Assembly (NCBI GenBank): GCA_965240325.2
Contig: OZ251225.1
Location: 2,232,001-2,296,000, forward strand
DNA from: Rebecca billardiae RCC1528
Taxonomy: Eukaryota > Protista > Haptophyta
DNA length: 64,000 bases
Direction: 5' to 3'
The stretch's first letter is position 1. Each line of letters begins with the position of its first letter. This document shows, piece by piece, positions 46,382 through 54,732 of this stretch. A program made the translations under genes and the position numbers. Below the pieces are notes generated by a model. That model was not told the DNA's origin. It made no database searches and saw only the letters and a program-made list of their open reading frames with translations.

Positions 46382-47490
46382 CAAGGGAGTCAAGGGTGCC
46401 CGCGCCCCAGTGGCGCGCTCGGCGGATGTTGGGATACAGATTTTTGCTCGGCGCCCTGCGGCGGCGGCGGCGATGGCGTGCTCCGCTGGCGGGGCGAGCG
46501 CACGGGGCACGGCGCTGCGGGCGCGGATGTGCCCGCGAAGCCGGCGCGTGCGGACGGGCTGTTGCGGGAGAGTATCGGGCGCCCTCCTGCGACGCGCGAC
46601 TTGCGCCACGCCTCTTTCGCCTCGGCTCAGAGCAGCGCGCACGCACGCGCCGCCTCAAGGCCAGCCTTGCCGCGCCGCAGCCGACCGCGCGCGCGCCGTG
46701 CGCGGCGTGGTCGGGAAGGAACGGGCGCTGCTGCCGGGCGAGATGGCGACGTCATGGGCGCACGCCATGCCGCCCCGCGGCGCCGCGAAAGAGCACGAGA
46801 ACGGATCCGCACAGCTGTTGACGAGTGCTGATTTCTTGCCGTGCCTGAAGCCAGACCTGAGCTCGAAGAAGATGATGAAAGAGCATCAGCGCGAGGAAAG
46901 CGTCGCACCCAGCACTTCTACATGACCACGCGGTGATGAACATTCATGTAAGAGTAGCCCGCGTGCCCGTCTGGCACTGTTCTGTGTCTCAATGATCGTC
47001 CCGACAACGGTCACGACCGCGAGGCAGTGCACACCATTTGTGACAAGTCGAAAAGGCGTGCAAACGGACCGACGACACTCTCGTCAAGGCGTGGCGGGGC
47101 GGCATGGCGTGCGCCTATGACGTCGCCATCTCGCCCGGCAGCAGCGCCCGTTCCTTCCCGACCACGCCGCGCACGGCGCGCGCGCGGTCGGCTGCGGCGC
47201 GGCAAGGCTGGCCTTGAGGCGGCGCGTGCGTGCGCGCTGCTCTGAGCCGAGGCGAAAGAGGCGTGGCGCAAGTCGCGCGGCGCAGGAGGGCGCCAGATGC
47301 TCTCCCGCAACAGCCCGTCCGCACGCGCCGGCTTCGCGGGCACATCCGCGCCCGCAGCGCCGTGCCCCGTGCGCTCGCCCCGCCAGCGGAGCACGCCATC
47401 GCCGCCGCCGCCGCAGGGCCGCGGGCAAAAAGGTGTATCCCAACATCCGCCGAGCGCGCCACTGGGGCGCGGGCACCCTTGACTCCCTTG
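46382..47490. mobile_element. Long-TIR non-autonomous DNA transposon (P-element-like ends)
   Basis: 397 bp TIRs at 46382-46778 and 47094-47490 with termini CAAGGG...CCCTTG. 7 bp TSD CCTGCGC (46375-46381 and 47491-47497). Superfamily assignment is inferred from CA..TG ends and TSD length. Confidence 0.8.
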
Positions 47491-47504
47491 CCTGCGCCGT
47501 CCTA

Positions 47505-48117
47505 TGGAGCGCTCGTTGGAACTTGAGCGGGCCAGCGGGGGTGGAACTTGACACCGCATTTCCCAGCGAAGTGCCCCATCTCGGCGGGGCTGGCACGGTC
47601 GGCACACGCTCCTGAGCGCTCGCTTTGCGGTGCGGCAGGCCTTGGGCAGCCCAGACAGACATGCCGCGACCGAATTACCGGGCCATGCGCGCACCACACC
47701 CGCGCTACATGGCCTACGCGCTGGACGACTGAGAGGCAACGCCGAACCACTGCATTCCACTGCCCGGCATGCACCCCGAGTCACCTTCAGAGGGCGTCGA
47801 CGAGCGCAGAGCGGGTGCGTGGGAGTTCGACCAACTCGTGTACCTTCTTGCAAGCACCAGCGGCGAGGTCGCAAGCCGAACCTTGACCAGCCGTGGAACT
47901 TGAGCTGGTCGGCAGCAAAACCACCGTTCAACCCGGATCAAGTTAGCAGCGTGCGAGGAGGAGGCGCGGTGCGCGTCCGCGGCTGGCGAGAGGCGTCCGG
48001 ACCGTGCCGTTCTCGGCCGCGCCCGCGCGCTTCCCGCCGCCGCGGGCCCCGTGTACGCCCGTCGTCGCCCTCGCCGCGCGGGCGCCAAACCGGCGTCAAG
48101 TTCCAACGAGCGCTCCA
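47505..48117. mobile_element. MITE with 22 bp TIRs and TA TSD (Tc1/mariner-type)
   Basis: TA-TGGAGCGCTCGTTGGAACTTGA ... TCAAGTTCCAACGAGCGCTCCA-TA. An empty-site paralogue CGTCC-TA-CCTGTGTCG is present at ~24882-24897. Internal GGAACTTGA repeats. Confidence 0.85.
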
Positions 48118-48252
48118 TACCTGTGTCGTTAAATCATAGAATGAGTCAGCGCATGTCCGGTCCGGATCGTCGTTCGCACGATCGCACGACCGTCAGCAAA
48201 GCCGCTGTGAAACGGTACAGCATCTCACGGCCGGGCCGGGTGGTCCCTCGTC

Positions 48253-51200
48253 ATGGAGCCGCCGCCCGCGAGGGGTGTGCGTGCTGGCATCCCGACAGCC
48301 GGCCCCGGGCAGCCAATCGTGGCATGGGGCCCATCGGAACCGGGCGAGGAGAGGCCTACGCCTTCTCGGCGGTGGGAAGAGGCGCGTTCCGCCGATGTTG
48401 TCGCCCAGCAGCAGGTGTCGTGCGCGCAGATTGGTGTGAGCGCCGGCCGCCGTGCTACTGGGCAGCACGTGCGCAAGGCGGTGACGATGGGCCGGCCCCT
48501 CGATCGCACGGCGAACGTCCATGCGCACGAGACCAGCACGGGCGTCAAGCTGGCTCAGCTCGACGTGCTGCGGGGCGAGAAGGCCGAGGGCCATACGCAC
48601 AAAGTGTCTGGCCTGCTGCCGAGCGTCACATCGCGCTCCACCAACAGCTCCGCCGAGCGGGAGCCGTCCGCGGCTCATTCGCGCACGCCGAGGAGGAGAA
48701 GAGGCGCCCTCCTGGTAGTGCTGGGCGTCTGCGTCGCCCTTGCGCTGGCGAGTGCCACGGGCATGGCCCTGCTGGCCGTGCGCGAGCTGCGCGCTGAGCT
48801 TTCGCAACTGAGAGAAGAGGTGCGGACACTGCGGCGGCAGCGGCGGGACGAGGCCGAGAGCGGGGCCGACGCGGCGGGCTCGTCGAGCGCGCGGCCGGAC
48901 TCGCCTTCACCACCGCCGCCTTCCTCCCCGCACCTCCCGCCCCCGCCTCCTCCGACCGCCGTGCCGTCCGAACCTGACGACGCCGGCGTGGATGTTGCCG
49001 AGCTCGCGCGCACGGTCGAGGCGCACCGGGCGGCGCTCGACACGCTGAACGCAAGCGCGCTGCTCACCGCCGGGCGGCTGGCGGACGGGCTGCTGCGCGC
49101 GGACGCGGCGAGCAGCACCGCGAGCGCGGCGCTCGACCTGCTCGCCGAGCAGCAGGCGCTCGTCCGCGCGCTCAACGCGAGCGTCACGCTCGAGCGCACG
49201 GCGCCGCGCGCTCTCAACTCGAGCGCCGCCCAGTCCGGCTTGGCATCGGCGGAGGCGCTCGCGGCCGCCGTAGAGGCGCTGGTCGAGAACGGGACGACGA
49301 CGCGCGAGATGAAGCTGGCGATCGGCGCGCTCTCGCGCGTGGCGCTGCTCATGCAGGTCTCGTCCGAGGAGCAGCTGCGCGCGCACGGCGCGTCGGGGCT
49401 GACGCGCGTGCGCACGTTTGGGCATGCGCTCTCGAGCGCCGCGGACGGGCGGTTCACGTACAGCGCCGCCGCGAACGTGCACGATCACGCGGACTTTGGG
49501 GGCACGCTCGGGCTGGGCGAGGTCGGCGCGGTGCTCAACGGCGTCGAGTTCACCACGCGGCACAACGACTACAAGCTGCGCATGAACAGCGCGGCCGCGC
49601 TCGAGCGCTCGACGGGGCGGCGGTGGACGGGCGCGCGCGGCGCGCCGGAGGGCGTGGATGCGGCGGACGCGGCGAACCCGCGCGGCATGCGCACGCGGTA
49701 CCACCGCACGGCGCCGGTGCCCGAGCCGGAGGTGCCGCCGAGCGTGCTCGCGCAGCCCACGCTCGAGCGCCAGGTCGAGGAGATGCGCGAGTACTTCCGC
49801 GCGTTCAGCGCACAGAACGCCTCGCACCGCGACTATCGCCCTTACTTCCGCGCCTCGCTGTGCGTGCTCGAGGGCGCGTGGGTCGACGCGTCCGCCGACG
49901 CGCTCGAGGAGCCCTTCGAGTCGGACAGGCACCGGCTCGACGCGGAGACGTGGTCCGAGCTGCACGCCAAGGCGAACGCCATCCTTGCGAGCGGGCACAA
50001 GCTCGCCTCCGAGGATGTTGCGCGCCTCCCGGTTTCTGTGCGCGGTGTGCGCGCGGACGCGGACAACTCGAGCTGGGCGCCGGCCGTGAGCAATTGGGAG
50101 TACCGGATCCACTGCCAGCCGCTGGCCGCCGACGTGCCCACGCGGCGCTTCCGGCCCGCCGCCGACCTGCACGTGCAGCTCGGCCGGCCGGCCGGGCCGC
50201 GCACGCTCGACGAGCTCGCGCGATCGCGGTACGCGCGCTTCGAGCTGAACCCGCGCACGGAGGCGCAGTGGGCGGGCGGCGTGCGCTCGTGGCACGACGG
50301 CGAGCTCAATGGGCCGAGCTACCTCGACGAGCTGATGTACCAGGTGGCGGGCAAGGACGGGCCCGGCGCGGTGCTGCGCGACGACCTGTTCGGCGAGCAC
50401 GCGCTGCGCGCGGACGCGGCCGCGGCGGAGGGGGAGCTGCTGAACGTCGCGCGCTACTCGCGCTACTACGCGCGCGGCACGCCGGGCGCGATGGGGCGGA
50501 GCGTGCAGCGGCGCACGATCAGCGACGGCGGTGTGTGGCTGGCGCGCACGACGCACGAGCGCGTCACGCCGCACTCGATCTGCGCCGAGCCCGCCGCCGG
50601 CGGCGCGCGCGAGTGCTGGACGCAACGTTGGACTTACGCGATCCCGCTCGAGATCGTGTACAGCACGCCGCTCACGCGCTGGGACCCGCTGCGCGTGCCG
50701 GCCGCGAGCAGCTCGGACGAGGCCGCGTGCTTCGCGGGCCACACCGGCAGCAGCCTCGACGAGCCGCTGTGCGGCTGGGTGCAGTGGGGCTTCTACCGCA
50801 CGCCCGCCGACTTCTTTGACGGCACGCCGGGCGACACCGACCCGGCGGACACGGCGGTGCCGCGCAAGGCGATGCGCACGGGCTCGGGCGGCGCGGCGTG
50901 GGCGGCGCCTTCGGGCATCTGGGTCACGCTGCCGAGCATCCCGACCGTTGGGCGCGTGCGCCAGCGCTACCCCATCTTCCCTGTGCACGCGCACGGTGAC
51001 GTGGCCTACAAGGAGGCGCACGCTGCGGCGCGCTTCGCGCTGGACCCGCGCTTCGCAGCGCGCGGTGACTTTGGGCACATCAGCGCGTCGGCATTCGGCG
51101 GCGCGTTGCTCGAGCTCGGCGGCGGCTCGGCGGGGCACACTCACCGCTTTGTGATCGGCGCGGACGAGCTCGAGCGCCTCGAGGCGGGCAACGCGCTCGA

Positions 51201-51399
51201 GTTCACCACGTCGCTGGACAATGGGCACCAGCATCTGGTGCGCGTGAGTCTGAACACGCAGACGCGCGCGTGGGCGCTCGAGGCGTGCTCGTTCGGGGGG
51301 GCGTGCACCGCGAGCGCGCTATCCGCCGGCTCGTGCACGACCGACGCCTGCCCGGACGGGCACGCAAGGACGGCCGCGGTCGGGCCAGCCAGTAGATGA
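48253..51399 (+). CDS. Type II membrane protein: TM, coiled coil, large globular domain of unknown function, His-rich C-terminus
   Basis: 1048 aa with strong codon bias. TM LLVVLGVCVALALASATGMALLAV. Motifs VHDHAD, LNGVEFTTRHNDYKL, WTYAIPLEIVYSTPL, and GHTH...GHQH...CPDGH. Confidence 0.8.
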   Translation: MEPPPARGVRAGIPTAGPGQPIVAWGPSEPGEERPTPSRRWEEARSADVVAQQQVSCAQIGVSAGRRATGQHVRKAVTMGRPLDRTANVHAHETSTGVKLAQLDVLRGEKAEGHTHKVSGLLPSVTSRSTNSSAEREPSAAHSRTPRRRRGALLVVLGVCVALALASATGMALLAVRELRAELSQLREEVRTLRRQRRDEAESGADAAGSSSARPDSPSPPPPSSPHLPPPPPPTAVPSEPDDAGVDVAELARTVEAHRAALDTLNASALLTAGRLADGLLRADAASSTASAALDLLAEQQALVRALNASVTLERTAPRALNSSAAQSGLASAEALAAAVEALVENGTTTREMKLAIGALSRVALLMQVSSEEQLRAHGASGLTRVRTFGHALSSAADGRFTYSAAANVHDHADFGGTLGLGEVGAVLNGVEFTTRHNDYKLRMNSAAALERSTGRRWTGARGAPEGVDAADAANPRGMRTRYHRTAPVPEPEVPPSVLAQPTLERQVEEMREYFRAFSAQNASHRDYRPYFRASLCVLEGAWVDASADALEEPFESDRHRLDAETWSELHAKANAILASGHKLASEDVARLPVSVRGVRADADNSSWAPAVSNWEYRIHCQPLAADVPTRRFRPAADLHVQLGRPAGPRTLDELARSRYARFELNPRTEAQWAGGVRSWHDGELNGPSYLDELMYQVAGKDGPGAVLRDDLFGEHALRADAAAAEGELLNVARYSRYYARGTPGAMGRSVQRRTISDGGVWLARTTHERVTPHSICAEPAAGGARECWTQRWTYAIPLEIVYSTPLTRWDPLRVPAASSSDEAACFAGHTGSSLDEPLCGWVQWGFYRTPADFFDGTPGDTDPADTAVPRKAMRTGSGGAAWAAPSGIWVTLPSIPTVGRVRQRYPIFPVHAHGDVAYKEAHAAARFALDPRFAARGDFGHISASAFGGALLELGGGSAGHTHRFVIGADELERLEAGNALEFTTSLDNGHQHLVRVSLNTQTRAWALEACSFGGACTASALSAGSCTTDACPDGHARTAAVGPASR

Positions 51400-51889
51400 T
51401 GTCATCTAATGACTCTTGGTGGTCGAGAGCGTCGTCGGATGCTGCCCCCCCAGGTCGCTGGCGCCGCACTCGCGTCGACTCGTGGCGCCCGGCTCTCTCG
51501 CATCCCTCGCCGCGCCACCATCTCCGACCATCTCGCCCCACACGCGCGTGATCGGTCCGCCATCGCGGCCCGGCGGACGTCTGCTTTCTGATTACTAGAA
51601 TTTCTTCTCAATCGGGTTAACGTTTGATCCCGTAGGATCATGGACCGAGGCTGCTACCGTGAGGAGGGTCGTCGCAACTCCCTGTGAATCGCCGATTGTG
51701 GTTCCGGGCAGGAGTAGCTGTAGCTAGTCACTAAGCGGGTAATGATCACCTACACGACGATACTACGGTATCGAGTTTGGCAACGGTCTTAGACACCTGA
51801 GTCGATGCCGCACAGCATGGCATTGGCGCCTACAGTACGCGATGTACTGAAGTGATCGGCTGATGAGCACTGTGCCCGAACGCTGACGC

Positions 51890-53515
51890 TCACACGCGCG
51901 CGCCCAGCCGGAACGAGGGCGCGACGGTCCGCAGCATGCCGCCCGAGCGCTGGTCGGCCCACTTGCTCGCGGGTGCGAGCACGGTCAGCGTGAAGAGCGT
52001 CCCCGTGCGCGCGTCGTACGCGACGCACGCCTCGTTCTTGATCACGGCGCCGCGCATCGGCCCGTCCGCGTCGAAGCGCACCGTGTACTCAAACTGAAGC
52101 ACTCCGTCGGGGCGCAGCCGCGCGCCCTCGAGCGTGGCGGCCTTGCCCGAGCCGGCGGGCGCGATGGACGTGTCGAGCAGGCGCTGCGCGGCCTGCTCGG
52201 GCGAGCCGAACAGCGAGCTCATGTCCAGCCCCCTGCCGAGGTTGGTGCGCAGCACGCTCAGGTTCTCCGTGCGGCCGCCGCCGGCGGGGCCGAACGCGGC
52301 GTCGAGCTGCGGCCCGCGCTGCCGCGCCTGCACGCTGCGCGGCACGAGCTCTCCGTCGAGCGCGCGCACGTCGCCGGGCTTGGGGAGCGCCGCGGCCTGG
52401 TCGGCGAGCCACGCCTTCGGGTACATGAGCTCGTACGCGCTGTCTGGCGCGACGAAGCGCTTGAACCCGCCCACCGGGTACAGCACGTCCAGGCGCGCGC
52501 GCCGCGCCGGCCCGGGCGCGAGAGAGAGAGTCGCCTGCGTGATGCCGAGGAGATCGCCACCGAGGGCGAGCGCGCTCGCGAGCGCGATGCCGCCGAGCGC
52601 ACGGCGGCTGGGCGCGAAGCGCGCGCCGAGCGCGAAGTTGGCCACCGTCTCGCCGCTCGAGCCCCCCTCGAGCAGCGCGCGCAGCCGCGCCACGTCCATG
52701 TCGGCGGGCATCTCGGGGTAGACCGCGGCCGCGCCCGCAAACGTCTGCGAGGCCGTGGACGGCGTCGTGGTGATGATGCACCGCATGCTCGCCGCGTCGG
52801 CGGCCTGCAGGCCGATGAGCGAGTCCTCGACGACGAGGCAGCGCTCCGCGGGCACGCCCAGCCGCTCGCTCGCCACGTTGTAGATCTCCGGATCCGGCTT
52901 TCGCCGCTCCACGTCGTCGCCGGCCGCGATGAAGTCGAGCTTCGAGATCCGCGCCTCGCCCAGCAGCGAGCTGAGCACAAACATGCACGCCGACTTGGTC
53001 GAGGCGGAGCAGACGGCCACCGCGACCTCGGGGCTCGCGATCGCCTCGTCCATCACCTTGAGCACGTTCGGCCGCGCCTCGGCCTCGCCCGCGATGATGT
53101 CTTTGTAGATCTGCGTCTTACGGTCCTGCAGCGTGTTCAGCAGCGTCTCCTGCGCCTCCTTCGTCTCGGGCGGCGGCCCGAGCTTGGTCGTGGGCCAGCC
53201 GTTCTCGCCAAAGTGGTAGCGCATCTTGGGGATGCCACCGCCCACCGTGTTCTGCAGCACGTCGTAGTACTCCTCCGACCAGTGCACGCCCTCCGCGTCG
53301 AACTCGCGGAAGACGGCGTTGTACGCCTCCCGGTGCAGGGCCTCCGACTCGAGGATCACGCCGTCGCAGTCGAAGAGGAGTGCCCACTCGGGCGAGGCCG
53401 CCGCGAAGGCACGCGCGCGGGGCGAGGCCGAGACGCGCCGGGCGGCCTGCGTCGCCAGCCGCGGCGAGACGAACGCGCCCGCGAGGGCGAGGAGCGCGCC
53501 GACGGGCGCCACCAT
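51890..53515 (-). CDS. Plastid-targeted CbbY-type HAD phosphatase fused to a PsbP-domain (PPD7-like) module
   Basis: Signal plus AF transit (ALAGAFVSP). HAD motifs FDCDGV, KPDPEIY, VEDSLIG. Then SRRALGGIALASALALG (RR + hydrophobic) and LDVLYPVGGFKR..YPKAW..ENLSV..YT (PsbP fold), all in one uninterrupted ORF. Confidence 0.82.
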   Translation of the reverse strand: MVAPVGALLALAGAFVSPRLATQAARRVSASPRARAFAAASPEWALLFDCDGVILESEALHREAYNAVFREFDAEGVHWSEEYYDVLQNTVGGGIPKMRYHFGENGWPTTKLGPPPETKEAQETLLNTLQDRKTQIYKDIIAGEAEARPNVLKVMDEAIASPEVAVAVCSASTKSACMFVLSSLLGEARISKLDFIAAGDDVERRKPDPEIYNVASERLGVPAERCLVVEDSLIGLQAADAASMRCIITTTPSTASQTFAGAAAVYPEMPADMDVARLRALLEGGSSGETVANFALGARFAPSRRALGGIALASALALGGDLLGITQATLSLAPGPARRARLDVLYPVGGFKRFVAPDSAYELMYPKAWLADQAAALPKPGDVRALDGELVPRSVQARQRGPQLDAAFGPAGGGRTENLSVLRTNLGRGLDMSSLFGSPEQAAQRLLDTSIAPAGSGKAATLEGARLRPDGVLQFEYTVRFDADGPMRGAVIKNEACVAYDARTGTLFTLTVLAPASKWADQRSGGMLRTVAPSFRLGARV

Positions 53516-53754
53516 GCCTCGCGCGTTGATGACGCAGGGGAGGATCCGCCAGACGCGCCGCGGCTCGTGCGGTGCACACCGGACGGATGCTGCAGCGCTT
53601 CGTCGGTCCGCCATTGTTCCGGGTCAAGTTCGTCGTCTACTCCGCTCGCCTTCACAGTCACGTCCACGAGGTCGTCGCCTGCACCAGCGCCAAGGGGCGA
53701 GGCGGTCGCAGCGGCGTGGCAAGCTCGCCGCGGCTTCTGCGGGTCGTGCGCGAG

Positions 53755-54615
53755 ATGCTCCGGCGAGACGTGCGGCTGCGCCGCGAGTATCTGTACCGCA
53801 AGTCGCTGGAGGCGAAGGAGCAGGCCCTCCTCGCGCGCAAGCGGCAGCTCAAGGAGGCGCTCGCCGAGGACAAGAAGCTGCCCACCGAGCTGCGCAAGGA
53901 GGCGCACGAGCTGAAGCACAGCCTGAAGCTGGACGATCCGGACGCGCACACATCGAACGTGCTCGATGACGAGTACGCCACCGCCGGCGTCACCGACCCT
54001 CGCCTCCTCATCACGACGTCGCACGACCCGAGCTCCAAGCTCACGCAGTTCCTCAAGGAGATGCGCCTCGTGTTCCCCAACTGCCACCGGATGAACCGTG
54101 GCGGGACGACGACGAAGGAGCTCGTCGACGTGGCCAAGGCCGAGGGCTTCACCGACCTCATCGTCGTGCACGAGACGCGCGGCGTCCCGGACGGCATGAT
54201 CGTCGCGCACATGCCGCACGGGCCGACGGCCTACTTCAACCTGTCGAACACCATCCTGCGGCACGACATCGAGGGGCGGCCCAACATCCCCGAGGTGTTC
54301 CCGCACCTCGTGTTCGAGAACTTCACGACGAAGGTGGGCAAGCGCGCGTGCACGATCCTCAAGTACCTCTTCCCCGTCCCGCGCGCCGACTCGACCCGCC
54401 TCGTCTCGTGCGTGAACCGCGACGACTACATCTCCTTCCGGCACCACGTGTTCAAGAAGCGCTCACACAAGGACGTCGACCTGCTCGAGCTGGGGCCGCG
54501 CTTCGAGATGCGCCTCTACCAGATCAAGCTCGGCACCCCCGACCAGGCCGAGGCAGAGAGCGAGTGGGTGCTCAGGCCGCACATGAACACGAGCAAGAAG
54601 AGGAGGATGCTGTGA
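53755..54615 (+). CDS. IMP4: U3 snoRNP protein IMP4 (Brix domain)
   Basis: MLRRDVRLRREYLYRKS, DDEYA, ITTSHDPSS, HETRGVPDG, PHGPTAYF, ELGPRFEMRLY, EWVLRPHMNT. Confidence 0.96.
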   Translation: MLRRDVRLRREYLYRKSLEAKEQALLARKRQLKEALAEDKKLPTELRKEAHELKHSLKLDDPDAHTSNVLDDEYATAGVTDPRLLITTSHDPSSKLTQFLKEMRLVFPNCHRMNRGGTTTKELVDVAKAEGFTDLIVVHETRGVPDGMIVAHMPHGPTAYFNLSNTILRHDIEGRPNIPEVFPHLVFENFTTKVGKRACTILKYLFPVPRADSTRLVSCVNRDDYISFRHHVFKKRSHKDVDLLELGPRFEMRLYQIKLGTPDQAEAESEWVLRPHMNTSKKRRML

Positions 54616-54732
54616 GCAGTGAGGGCAGCAGCTAATTTGTCATTGTCCCGTTGGTGATGAGCAAGCGTTGCCCGTTGATGCCCGTATTTTTGTAGTCCCC
54701 GCGTCCGTTGCGCCGTTCATCGTCGGAGCAGC

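Noticed and set aside
44723-46831. 702 aa plus-strand ORF and the many other Arg/Ala/Pro-rich antisense ORFs across the window
   Set aside because: They are antisense or out-of-frame shadows expected at this GC content, with no domain motifs.
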